The notes under the pieces were generated by a model. It was given only the letters and a program-made list of their open reading frames with translations, searched no databases and was not told where the DNA came from. From the NCBI GenBank assembly GCA_038087875.1, contig JAXLNO010001914.1:1-64000 (forward strand): 64,000 bases of DNA. The letters are read 5' to 3'. A program made the translations under genes and the position numbers. The DNA comes from Malacoraja senta. Its lineage: Eukaryota. This document shows positions 38,690-51,945 of the stretch, in pieces. Numbering within the stretch: position 1 is the first letter of the stretch; each line of letters starts with the position of its first letter.

Positions 38690-39070
38690 ATATAGGTTTT
38701 CATTGAAGGGTCTTGAGCTTCGCAAGCTGTGGCAACATTTAATTGCCCATCCCTAATTTCCCTTGATAAGGTGGTGGTGATCCACTGCAGACCGTGAGGT
38801 GTGTGTGCGCGTGTGTGTGTATACCCACAATGCTGTTTGGGAGAGAGTTTTAGGATTGTGACCCAGCGAAGGCAATATGTTTCCATGACGGGATATGTGT
38901 GGCTTGAAGGGTGGTGATGTTCTCTTAATTTTGCTCCCCTTGTCCCTCCCGCCAATAGAGGTCATGGGTTTGTAAGGAGTCGTGGTGAGTTGCTGCAGTA
39001 CATACTGTAGATGGTACAAACTGCTGCTGCTTTGCGTTGGTGGGGGACTGAGTGAATGCGGTGCCATTTA
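38690..39070 (-). mobile_element. Old LINE 3'-end remnant with a short (GT)n tract
   Basis: aattgcccatccctaatttcccttgataaggtggtggtga motif, recalled as a common chondrichthyan LINE 3' UTR. Confidence 0.45.
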
Positions 39071-39954
39071 AGCGATTCTATAGCCTGTATTTGTATTTGT
39101 GAGAGAAAGTTTGCAAGAGATAAAAAAGTTGAAAAACACCCATCAAAAATGGGGAATCAATGAAAATGAAGATCGGAGATACGTAAGTGTAAATTTGCAC
39201 ACTGGTTAAGGAAAGACAATAAAAAAAGTTCAAAAACCAGAATGTAAGTATGAGATTATAGATTTGTAATGTAAAACTTCAGTCAATTTCAAAACATGGA
39301 AAGCTTTTGTGAAGAAGTTTTTCTTTGTTCCCGAGCATCAATTTGTATTTAGATATTTTTGAGACACTGCAGTGCAACACCTAAAGTCAAAGGAGCCATC
39401 CATGAAAAAACAACGAAAAGAAAAGATAATACAAACATTAGTAGAAAAGAAATTAACACTAATTGCTTGAGACATCTGGAGTTGCAAGAACACAAGCACG
39501 CAAGACAAGATACCATTCAGGATAAACCACTATCTTCTCTAAATTCCTTTGCTTATCCAAAGTACTGTGATTACTCCAACACTATCTATTACATTAAATT
39601 TACCATCAATTTATTCTGAGGTTCTGTCTGGTAAGAGATAGCCACAATGCAATGTTTAATGTTCAATCTTAATGCGATGTACAACCTCTCAGTATCTTTC
39701 AAAAGCTCACAGATATCTATGAAATCTAAATAGTTAACTCACACCCAAGTGCAATATTTTTCCTGACATAACAATTTCCATGTACAAAGGTAGACAAAAT
39801 TCTGTGGCAGCTAGTGAGATAAAATGAAGGTAGACTTTTCTACCTTAAAACCTTGTGCAGTTGTCCGGGAGGAATCACCTCTTGTAGATGTTTATTGAGC
39901 TCCTTCCACTTCACAAGTTATTCCAAGGATTAAATTATTGTCCTCCTGAAATAT

Positions 39955-40153
39955 CCGAGTAAAAAAAGGTCGCCATGGAAAAAATCGATCGTTTTTTTAC
40001 TCGTAGGTTTAGTCGTAGTAAGTCGGCATGTTAGTCGTAGGTAATCGAGGGTAGTCAAAGGTAGTCGTAGATAGTCTTCATCATAGTCGAAGGGAGGTCG
40101 TCTTCACTCTCCACTTTTCTCGCCAATTAGGTCGCCCAAGTGGGACAGCCCCT
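39955..40153. mobile_element. Truncated Harbinger-type MITE (one end only)
   Basis: Ends gtcgcccaagtgggacagcccct followed by TTA; internal (gtagtc)-type repeats as in 27320-27390. Confidence 0.75.
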
Positions 40154-41849
40154 TTAGCTCCACCACCCAAGGATGAATCTTGAGGCAATAATATTTTGAC
40201 GGTGCTGTAATATTTGAGCAGCAGTATTTAAATTCATTTTTCATTGCTTTCCAAGCATTTACCGTGATTTTATTTACTTGCAAAAGGAAAGAACATAAAT
40301 AGTATACCATAAAATTTAGTCTCAACATTGCTCCAGCAGCCTAATTCATTTCTTCGTGCATGGGTACATAGATGAAAGTCCAGAAAACTCCAGATAACAT
40401 TAGCTGACAGAATCTTGCTTTGGCAAAGACTCGTGAAAAATATACTCCACAAGTTTCCAGAACACAATGCATAATCTGAAGTGCTTAAAGTTTTGCACTC
40501 GATCGAAGAGGGAAACTGATTGAAACCCTCACCAGTTTCAAAAGATTTTATCACTGGAATGGTAGATTTCACATTGGAATTATCGTGGACTGCCATACAT
40601 CAGCTGGTTTGCCAACACCATTATTTCACAACATGGACAACTTGCAATTCTCTAATTCTGCTGTAACTTTTAATATCTTTTTAATTACAAGATTTAGAAA
40701 TTCAATTTCCTGTCTTGGCTTTTACACAAGCAAATGTCAGATTTATTTTGTCTATCAATATAACATCATTTTAGAGAAACAACTCCTCTGAACTACACTG
40801 CATATTAATGTATAGAGCTATTTAGGACACTCATGATATTTTTACCCAATCATCTAGGTATGAAACCAACAACTTTGGATCTTTATTCATCTGCACTTTG
40901 CTCAGTGATTGAACAGTGAATAAAGGTGTTGTAAATCAGAGTGATAGTCTTTATGTTTTGCATCATTTCTAATGAAATGACTTTTATATTTATTGTCATC
41001 TTCATTCATTTGGGAGTCTGCAAATTTTGATGAAGAAGCTATGGGTTCCTATTCAAAGATTTCAATACATAATCCAGACTGTCGCTACCACAGTAACAAG
41101 GAATCTTTGCAGTCTCAAATGGCAGTGGCCTTCACATTCATTTATCTGAATCAAATTTCCCTGGAACGAAATGTCAGAGATTTATTAAGACTAGGATTTT
41201 TCATCCTGATCCTTTATTCCTCTCAAATGTAAATGGCGAAAAACAACTGGATGCAGGCAAAGGTGTTCAATGACCTATATTGCATATCTGTTGTCACTCA
41301 GGTCATTTTCAACTGTAAATGTGGAACTTGCTGATGTGAGACTCTCATCAATAAGCAAAATCTTTACCAGTAATGGGAGACCTGCTTTGGCTTAACTTAA
41401 AGGGGACCTACCTGACTATGGGCAGACCATGGAGTTGGGAACCAGCTACAAGTAAACCTACTTTAATTAAATAACTTTTTTCCTTGGGATTACTAAATCT
41501 ACAGTTCCTCAATTACAATCTGATCATCTCCAATCTGAACATCACTCTGATTAGTCACCAAAGAATTCCTAGGCCAGTTCTTTAAAGTTCTACAGCCTTT
41601 AACCCAGAACTGTGTAACAGATCATGTCACACCATCTAAAAACAAGGACCTCACCAAACGTTGGTGGTTGCCTCATACAACATCCTCCCCAACAAAGTTA
41701 CTTGGTTATTTAGTTAGGCTCAATATTTATCCATACATTGGCCGATTATTACATTTTCCAAAAGTGGCTCAGAACTCTTCTAGTTAACACCATGATTTAT
41801 GAAGGCACATTCTTGTTATGGAATTATAACATAAGCCCCACTTGAATTA

Positions 41850-42042
41850 AAGTGCTGGCATTCTCCACAGTTCAGGCAGCATCTGTGCAAAGAATGAACA
41901 GGTGACATTTCAAGTCGGGACCTTTCGTCAGACCTGAAACATCACCTACCCATTCCTCCCACAGATGCTGTCTGATCCTCTGAGTTACACCAGCACTTTT
42001 TGGTTTATACAAGATTCCAGTATCTGCAGTTTCTTGTGTCTA
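41850..42042. mobile_element. Inverted-arm Penelope-terminal module (hairpin)
   Basis: gtgctgg...caggcagcatctgtg...aggtgacatttca pairs with tgaaacatcacct...cacagatgctgtctga...ccagcac. Confidence 0.7.
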
Positions 42043-43100
42043 TATCTCTTGAATCATCTTCTCATAACTTCCCTTCATGTGTCAACCCCGAAAATTAATA
42101 TAGATTGACTGAAGGAAGGTGAAAGGCCCCCACAACTGAGCTCAAATAGACTTTATGTAGTAAGCACATGATGCTTAGCTAAACGGATCATCATTGCACA
42201 CCCTGATGCAGAATTTCCGCCTTTGCCAGGGCAGTGAAACGATTTCAAATGAAAATACTATCCAAGCTGAATGAGCTCTTCCTTATCATCAAATCAGCTG
42301 CTAAATAGATCATGGATACCTTGCAGAACAGTAATAGTTAAATTAATGGAGGTTGCTCTTTGTGGCTTGATTAACCAAATAAAAGTCTTTAGATATAATG
42401 GGAACATTTTTAGTTAAGCTCACTTAAACATAGGTCTTGATTTATAAGGCAGAATGGAATTTGTTGGGGTTTAGCCACACAGTTTAATTTTCCTGCAAAG
42501 GCAGAGAGAGAAAACTTAACTGTTCTAACCACATTGACGAAAGAATTTGAGTGAGGAAGCCAAAAAGATGATTGGTAAGGAGCAATTTTGTATTCCACCA
42601 GATATCCTGATGTTCAGATACTAATTATGTGATTTGGACTCGACAAAACTATGTAAAGACATCAACAGTATAAAGAAACTTGCAACTGCTGTGAAAATCA
42701 GGGAATAGCGGTATGAACTTTGCTAGATTCTTCCAACACATTCGTATTCTCATCTTCATTCAGTTAAGATTTGCCCATTTCAGGATTTCAGGATTTCTGC
42801 ACAAGTCTTGATCTTTCAGATTGAAACTCGGCCAGTGGATGCAATCAATATACTGGACTTCCATACGGCTTAGATTGTATGTCACATTAAAATTTATTGA
42901 ACAAAATTGGTGCACATGTGATTGAGGTCAATATACTGGGATTGAAGATTAGTTAAGAGCCAAAAAACAGTAGAAATAAACAGGTAATTTTCAGTTTGTG
43001 ATGTTGTGACTGATCGGGTACGACAAATATCAGAGCTGGGGTCCCAGCAGGCCATATCTATATCACCGATTTAAACAAAGAAACCAACTATGCTACATAT

Positions 43101-43220
43101 GTAAGAAGGAACTGCAGATGCTGGTTTAAACCAAAGATAGACACAAAAAGCTGGAGTAACTCAGCGGGACAGGCAGCATCTCTGGTGAGAAGGAATGGAT
43201 GAAGTTTCGGGTCGAGACCC
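43101..43220 (-). mobile_element. 120-bp Penelope-terminal module with a perfect 14-bp TSD
   Basis: TSD actatgctacatat at 43087-43100 and 43221-43234. The element is 5'-truncated at hammerhead helix II. Confidence 0.92.
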
Positions 43221-43776
43221 ACTATGCTACATATCTGGCTTTGTGGATGACAGCTTGCTGGTTGGCTGTATGGATTAGGAGAATGGTGCAGAGAGACTTC
43301 TAGGGGAAATGAACAAGCTAAATGTATGAGGAGGGCATGGTAGATATAAAATAATGTAGAAAAATGTGAGGTCATAGAAACACAATTTCTTTCATATCAT
43401 GAAAAGCTGAAAGATGTTTGTCGCATTTCAGTATCCTTGTACACAAATCACTGAACATAATTGTGCAGGTACAGAAAACAATCAGGAAGGCAAATTGTGT
43501 ATTGATCTTTACTGTAAGAAGAATAGAGTACATGAGTAAAGACATTTTAATGTAATTTCTTGGGCCATAGTGCGACTGCATCTGATACATTGTACAGATC
43601 AATTTTCCCACCAATGGAAGAATATACTGCAAGGGTATGCCATAAAGGTTCGTCAAATTTATTCTTGGGATTGATTGGGAGGATGGGGTTGCTCTTTGAG
43701 GAGAGATTAGGAAGACTGGCCCTATTCTCTCCTAAGTATATAAGAATAAGAGGTGATAGCAATAAAGCAAGCATAA

Positions 43777-44092
43777 TGGGCCTGTCCCACTTGGCGATTT
43801 TTTAGGCAACTGCCAGCAACTGTCAGTCATAGCAGGTCGCCTAAAAACCGGCGACAAACTACATCATCCTGGCGACAACCTATGACAGCACCTATTCAGG
43901 AGAAGTCAAGCTACGCACCTTGGAGTGAAACCCACTGTCGCCGAAAAATGTTTAACATGTTGAAATTTTAGCGGCGACCAGAAAGACGCTACGACTTTTT
44001 GCACGACTGAGTAGACTACTCCCGGCGAACATGTGGCGACAAACTAGTCGCATGTAGTTGCCTAAAAAAATCGCCTATGTGGGACAGGCCCA
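43777..44092. mobile_element. Short PIF/Harbinger-type MITE
   Basis: TIRs tgggcctgtcccac / gtgggacaggccca; TSD TAA at 43774-43776 and 44093-44095. Confidence 0.9.
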
Positions 44093-44104
44093 TAAGACTT
44101 CTAG

Positions 44105-44350
44105 GATAGACACAAAATGCTGGAATAACTCAGTGGGAAAGGAGCATCTATGGAGAGAAGGAACGGGTGACATTTTGGATCGAGACCCTTCTTCAAACTG
44201 TTGTCAGGGGAGAGGGAAATACATAGATATGGAAGTGGAAGGTGTGAAAATAGGACAAAGGGAATGGAGATCAAGGAAAATGTAGAATAGTTCATTGTTA
44301 GCTGGGAGAAGATAACAACAACAAAGCAAGCAGAGATAAAATGTAGTTTT
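44105..44350 (-). mobile_element. Penelope 3'-terminal fragment (longer form)
   Basis: gatagacacaaaatgctgg...gagacccttcttcaaact, followed by further upstream PLE UTR sequence. Confidence 0.75.
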
Positions 44351-45527
44351 CGTTCTAGTTCTTGACAGGATAAACGTAAGGAAAATGTATCCTCTGGATC
44401 ATATCGGCCATTGAGGTCTGAAGTTGGAAGAAATTTGTTCACCCAGAGGGCAGTAGATCTTTGAGACTGCAAAGTTGCAGTTGCTGAGTTTCTTCTTGAC
44501 AAAGATCAGTAGATATTTGGATATTACGAGACATTAATTGGGTTAGTAATGAAAAATGGTCCTGAGATAAAAGATCAACCATGATTTTGTTGAATGGTGT
44601 AGCAGAAGCTAAGAGGCCAAACAGACCACTGCTCAATCATTCTTATGCTGTTACATATTTTGATGGTACAAAATGAATTATCTTGCCAAATCCCAGCTTC
44701 TGTACTGGTGCAATCAGGAAATGGACCAGAGCTGACAGACATTAGTTATTGCACTTCAAAAGATATTTCAGTTGTCTGTGTAAGCCAGTATAAACTTACG
44801 CTGCATACATGGGGCAAGGAACAATCACTGCGAGGACCTACAATTCCATTGCTTCAATGCGACAAGATCTCAGTTATATGGGCAAACGTAGTTTGGATTA
44901 AAGCCAGTGCTGCAGATCAGAATAGGTGACTCATGCACTACCCAAGCACTGCACCATGATCATAAATAACATAGTAGCTTTGGATAATAAGCTGAAATAT
45001 TCTGATGAACAATAGATCAGAAATGTTAACCTGTCTTTCCATTTCAGATGCGAATGGGTCTTCTGCGCATTTCCAGTATTTATTTACTTTTACGCTATGG
45101 ATGCAATTTTATTTTCCAGTTCTAAAGTTTTCACACTCATTTATAAAATACTCAATTTACTATCACCAAAATATATTGAAAGAGGATTTGCTGCTTTGAG
45201 CTCAATGATTTAATCATTGAAGGATCATAAAGTAAAAGGAAACAATGATTAGAAGAAATTTTGAGATATTGTGAAAATCTTTGAACCAAATCAATTGAAG
45301 TTATTTAAGCTGATCGTGTAGTTATAAGTAAAGTGATACTGAACGATCTAAAACAGATTTAACAGGTTTAATACAGGTCAGCAAGTTTCAAGCAGCTTTA
45401 TCTGAAGAATGATTGCTGTACAAAATGCATTTGGCTGATCCTCACATTATGCTCTACTGAAGGAACGTAGGTACTTTATGGGCTTGTGCAAAATCTGGAA
45501 GAATTTTGTTTCATAATGGCCATTCTA

Positions 45528-46515
45528 GATGCTGGCAATCTAAAATTAAAACTGAATATGATTAAAATATACAACACGTCAGGCAACTTCTACAGGGAGA
45601 GAAATAGAATTAACATTCCAGGTCAATAATATTTTATTGGAACAAGGAAACGTGACAAATTAAACATATTTGCATAAAGAACAAAGGGAATATCTGGGAC
45701 AGAGTGGTGAAAACATTAATCATGGTTGATCAATCTGGGAGATGTATAATTATAGGAACAAAAATGACAGATGGAGTAAAACAAATGTTGGATCGGTGAG
45801 ATGCATAACACAGCCTTTGCGAGATATCTGAAACAAAATGGAATGCTTAAGAACTCGGCATGCCAGGTTACCTCTATTGTGAGAGAAAAACTGAAGTAAT
45901 GTTGCAGGTTGATGATTAACATCAAAACTGGCTAGTTCTGTTACAAACTGGAAAGATTGGTTATCTAAAATCATTGGAGTCAATTTTGAATCCTGAGAAC
46001 TGTAGGATGTCTAGAAGGAAGATGAGACAACGTTCCTTGAATTTCTGTTGGGCTTTGTTGGAACTGTGTGGGAAGCCTAAGACTCAGAGTTCAAAGTGCA
46101 AGTGGGATGAAGAAATGAAGCTCAGAGTTACCTTACCAACTGAACAAAGCCATTTTGCCAAGCACTCACCCAATTTGTGTTTGGTTCATCCAACATGGAA
46201 GAGACCACATCATGAGCATTAAATTGGAAGAATTAAAAATGAATATCGTGTTCATATGGAAGAAATGTTTGGGTCCCTGGATGGTGGGAAGGAAAGAGGT
46301 AAAAGGGCAAGGTAAAGTACCTTGTTGATGGACTCCAGTCTATCAATAACAATCCTTTTATTCTCTTTACCCCTCCCTCTTCTCTGCAACCAAAAATGTA
46401 TTTTTTGCACTTATCCCTGTTCTGGTGAAAAGTCATTGACCTTTAATATTAACTCAGTTAATCTCTCTACTGATGCAGCTTGACCTGTTGAGTATTTCCA
46501 ATGCTTTCGTTCTTG
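45528..46515. mobile_element. Old PLE remnants (termini plus degenerate GIY-YIG region), partly inverted
   Basis: PLE-terminal motifs occur at ~45528-45645 and ~45840-45950 (minus) and ~46420-46510 (plus). 46020-46220 is similar to the reverse complement of 24520-24720. Confidence 0.55.
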
Positions 46516-49500
46516 CTATTTCAGTACATCCAGTATCATCTTTACAACTATTGACCTTGGCAAGCCCTCATTTTGGCTTCAAATAACCTGCCACTGAAAG
46601 GACCATTATTCAAAGGAAAAAAATAGTTTTCATTGTTACAGCACTGACTCCCAGCTGATCTTCAATAAAAGATGAAAAACAGTCTCCCTGAAAGGGGAAT
46701 GTTATCGAGTTCCTTTTTGCAGAATTACTCTGAAAATGCAAAATACAAAATCATTGGAAGCATCTTTGTGCCAGAGATCACCAACTGATGAGTACTTCAA
46801 TCTTATTGTGCAATTGTTGATCTTATATCAATTTATACAAATATGCTTACATTGTTCTTTTGTATCAGTGTAACAGTTCACTTGTTAACATACTCTATGC
46901 TATTAAATGACCTCAGATGTAAAATACCAACACAAGTCCTTCATTAAATCCAAAATCAATGGAACATGATCAATTCAAAGTGAAAGTTTTATCTGGTTCT
47001 TGGTATTAAAATGGTTAATGCTCCACATTTAAAATGTTTTAATGTTCAAATCACAAAATAAAATAGTGTGTGAAAATTTTAAACAAGATCATTCTGAGCA
47101 AAATTGATGCCAAAACAAAAAAATCAGTAATGATGCCCTTGAATTAATGAACACTTTTCCAACAGCTAATAAACCACTTAACCTGTATGAATGACAGAAA
47201 GAGTTTGAATCAAGGGCGCAATACTTTTTTAAAAATGGGGTGGAATGGCATAAAATTCTCGTGGCCGATGAATACTGTCGTATTATGGAAAATTTTCAGA
47301 AAGTTTTGTGGGGCAGGCAGTCTCCAAACAAGAGAACCATGTGCAAACATATAACAGAGAATAACTTTTCGTGTTCACATTTTGAGAGTTAATGGAAACA
47401 ATGTAAATCCTTGATTTATGTATGTTCAATTTATGAATTTTTGCAATAGTGTTATTGATTCGCTGGGATGCTTCTTCCATTTACGAGGCTGTTTTTTTTC
47501 TATAATAAATAGCATACCACTCTCCATGCATGGGAATACACTACAGCATTGCAATTCGTCCAATCCTTTTTGATTTACAAACTATCGTTTAACAAAATGT
47601 TTTCCAGAGATGCATTCTTTGTGTAAATTGATGAATGGCTATTCATATGAACTAAAATTGTGTTTATTGTCCTTTCTTTTCACTTTAAAACTGATGAATT
47701 TTCATTGTATTAACCTAAAATAGGGAAGATATTGAAAATTGGATTACCATATGTATTATGTACCTCAGGAAGCAGAGATTATATTATAGGACTGTTACCT
47801 TTGGTCAAAATCGCTCTCTGTTAAACCATAAGTTTACATCCAAAAACTCAGCAAAACTGATACCAATATAATATACCAATACAAAAATGTAGGGACCTAA
47901 TAAAGAACTCAGAAAGTGAGAGAAGTTTACAAGACAATCATTTAGCTTCTGAAAAATATTCAGGCCTTTACTAGAATGAGAGAGAGCTAATGGCTTCAAA
48001 AGTAGCCTATACAAAGAAATTGTAGGGAAAAATTAGCCTTTGGTTGCTAGCACTAAATGCTTAAGTATAGGCTATCGACAATGTTTATCTTTGCACATTT
48101 GGTTCAATTGATCATTATAGTATTGTCGATGCATGAAGGGGGATAGGGGTGGCGGATAAACCAGCTGCTTGACGTGAATCTTTTCTGCATATTGTCCACT
48201 TTACCTGAAGAAACAGTTCTTTTGCATATTTAGTTAAAAGGGAAGAACACTGGAACACATGACACATAATGAGCTGTTTTTTGTTTCCATCCACACGTTT
48301 AAACTAGTTGAAGACTGCAGTCATAGCTTTTCTTTATCCCTCAGAACAAAATATGAAGTATCCTGGTACTTTCCACTGCCATACTTTAAGAACTATAGAG
48401 CCATTCAACTTAACCAATTTGCCTTTTCACCTATGACTCATTGTTTTAGAGAAACATTAAAACATTTCATGAATTATAACTTTAATGGAATCAAGTAAAT
48501 TGCAATTAGCTCCCTAAATTTAGATCATAATTTATAGCCTGTTAAATTCTACAGCAATGCAAAAGTAGCTCAGTTAATCTTTTGCTGCATTCCATATGTA
48601 GAGGGTGGACATAAATATGCAGGTAGACATTTATTGCTGTTCCTCACAAAATTAATAATTACATCACCTTTACTCAAGCACTTTCATCAATGCAAGTGAT
48701 TTAAAGAATTTCTATCTCACAGAATGTGTCATAGACTGTAAACTATGTAAATGAAACGTATTTTGACATCATGCATAGGATATTTTCATCATTTCAACTC
48801 AGTAATAACTGTTAAAATATAGTCGGCATCATTTGCCATCAACTACCGATTCTAGTTGACCAAGTTAGGATTAAAGATTAAATGTTTTATAGTTCCTCAA
48901 ATTCACCAAGATTACTTTCTTTCAGGAAAATGAAACTCCCAAACCAGGTTTGTACTGTTGAAAACTGCATTATTCAGCAATTTTGAACAGCAATTTCACA
49001 ATGAAAGGAAATAATAAGACTGCTTTCCTTGTGTGGATATTTTTTCGATGAAAAAATAGTTAGAGATCGGTTGGGAAGTTATCACTCACACCTAAAATAT
49101 AAAACAAAATCTATGGAAAAGAAGAGTTCCACTGCTCATCTTTTTCACTGCTGGTTTTATCCACTGCTGGTTTATTATTTAATTACTAGTTCGGCATATA
49201 AATGCACTTAGAAAAAACTTTCAGTGTTTCCCTCACAAGCATGTAGCCATCTGCATGAATAATTTATCATTTGTCTCAATGATCTGATCATTCATTAGAG
49301 GAAATAAATTATCGTTGAGTCTTCATTCCGTAGGAAGCCTTTCTTGAGCTATTAAAGAAATGAATAAAATAATTGTTGCACTTTGAGCTGATGTCTGGAA
49401 CTATGACTGTGTAAAGGGTAATAAAGCAAAACTCCATGTCATGCTCTGCATCTGGAATCAGCCTTCAAATGAGTACAAGTTCTGCAATAATTCAACTATC

Positions 49501-51848
49501 CTTCAATCTTAGCAAGGCTTTGCAATAAGAAGCTACAAAATCATGCCACGATATTTCAGAATAGAAAAGAATTGTCTCCAATTACTTTGATACCAACATC
49601 AATTTCCTACCTGCTCTACCACTATGTTCGGTGAGGATTAAGTTTCTCATCAATTTTCCTTATCCTCCCTCCGCATGTACAAATTTCGAGTCATTCAAAA
49701 GAATTATTAACTTATTATGTTAAAAAAAATTAACTGTCCAAGAAATACAGCAATCTTTATGAGTTTTGTTTCAATATTAAGCTTCATTAACCTGGATACG
49801 TGTCAATTTGTAATCCAATTAACGACTTTTTAAATGTTTATGATGTTTATAACCAGTTGCAATCTGCAATTCATAAAGGAAGGAAGCTCCTGATTCACCA
49901 AAGAAAATTGTTGTGATCTATACCGTAATTCCAAAGAATCCCTCTTAATGTATGCAATAAATGTTGTTGTTCATTTAGGCAACCTACTGCTTTTTGAAAA
50001 GCAAGAAAAATCCTGCTGATACTGGAAACCTGAAAAAAATAGACAATGCTGGGGATAGTCGGCTGCTTTTAGCTGTTGCTTGTTCCAGTTTCTGACTGCT
50101 TTCACTGGTTGACAGAGACTTCTGTTTAAGTATAGGTACCTTGTTTCAAGAGGAGGATTATATCACAGCTCCTTTTGTGTAATGACTCCCGAAGCTTCAA
50201 CAGATACCAGTGCACGTGGGAATCATCTCCACTCCCAGGTGGGTCTCATTTACTCTTCAGTAGTTTTGTGTTGTATAAACATGCTAGTTCCAACTGGGGA
50301 CTCTGCATCAATGATTAATACAAATTGCTTCAAGTGGCAGACCACCCACACCCACCCAATTTCCCCACCTCCAACCCACCCAGTTCGGTTGGAACAACAC
50401 TTTCTCTTACTTTCTCTGTGTTTTGAAACAATAAGGTATGAAGGAAAACAAAGTTGCATTCGCGCGACTTGGTGCCTCATCTTCTGCAATTGAAACACCC
50501 GACTACCACTGACAAAGAAACTGTGCTCACAACTGATCGTGGAAAAAGCTCCCCAGAAAGATCCAGCAATTTCCTTGGTGACAACTTCTCAGCAAATGAT
50601 GCTTGCTGCTGCCTGGCATCAGTTCAAAAGGATTTGTGGTGTCCAGCAACTCTGACATCATCAAGTAGCGAATCTTCTCTGAATTCTCAGAGCTAGCATA
50701 CCATGAAGAAACAAAGTTGTAAATATCTTTGAAACGTATGCAGAGTGTTACATAAAGATCAGAACACATACATATAGTTAAGGCATTAAAAGAAACACAA
50801 TGAAAAAAAAATAACCTCTTTTTTAAAATTTATAATTTTAAATGATCTGCTCTACAAAATCTGGATTTATGGAATATTTACAGGGGGACTAGTTTGCAAA
50901 CATGATCAATACTAATAAATGTAAATGATCTCCACTCATTGCAATGGATAATGCTGAAAATATCACAGCATGAGTATATGGGATATATAATAAGGTAAAT
51001 TAGGGATTTCCACTTTCCTCTGAAAGCAGTTCTAAAAAGGTCCTGTCATTTTTTGTGATGGGCACACTACTGACCCATGCACACAGACCAATTAATTTGG
51101 GTGAATCCAAAATCCAATCATAGATGCAATATTGCCTAACACATACTGCCTGTGTTAATCCATTACTGTGAAATTATCAGTTGTGACACTCCAGAACTTC
51201 AAACAACAGAAATTGCCACATGCCTTAGTTAAATAGTAAGTGTACATGATAACTGTAAATGGTCTAACTCAGAATGTAAAAGTATGGGCAGAGATTGAGA
51301 CCTTAAAGATGTGAAAGAGATGGTTCAGTCGAATTCCAGACCAAATGACAAAGGTGACCGAGAAACAGGGGGATAATGAATCAGGAAAACACATCATTCA
51401 GTCTACAGTTTAAAATCATATAAGCTGTTCTAATTTTAATACCCATCTGAATTAATTGTGTTAGTAGTTAAATAACAAAGATTAATATAATTTTAGAAGC
51501 AATCTGATTTAATTACAGGGGCTCTGATGATCTGACACACAAATTCTCCCATACATTTTTAAAGCAATTTTCCTGCAAGCGATAAGAATTTTAAAAACTA
51601 TTTTGTCGTATCCAACAAAGACTGGATACAGTATATATTCTATCTAGCAAGTATATGTAGAATGATATGATAAACAGATGTTTCCGACAAAGAGAAAACA
51701 GTTTACAGACAGTTCTCAGGAATGGAAATCTTATGTAACCCAGGGACTGCCTATAATTAAACTATATGGAGTATTCTGCTGTACCAACAGCAGAGTTAAA
51801 AGTTTTTACAAACTTGAGGAAAGGTACCCCCACACCAGACCAACTTAC

Positions 51849-51945
51849 CTCCCCCCCCCCCCGCCACCCCCCGCCCCCCCCCCACCCGCCCCCCCCCCCC
51901 CCCCCACCCGCCCTCCCCCCCCCCCCCCCCCCCCCACCCTCACCC
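51849..51945. repeat. Poly-C low-complexity tract (G-quadruplex-forming on the minus strand)
   Basis: Nearly pure C runs interrupted by single g, a or t. Confidence 0.95.

Larger units (their letters stand above)
42770..44650 (+). mobile_element. Old CR1 RT/3' remnant broken by a PLE module, a Harbinger MITE and a second PLE piece
   Basis: Degenerate YLDF (tatactggacttcc), GVPQGSELGP (gggtacgacaaatatcagagctggggtcccagc), EERLGRLALFS (ORF 43560) and a 3' UTR near 44570-44640. Confidence 0.7.
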
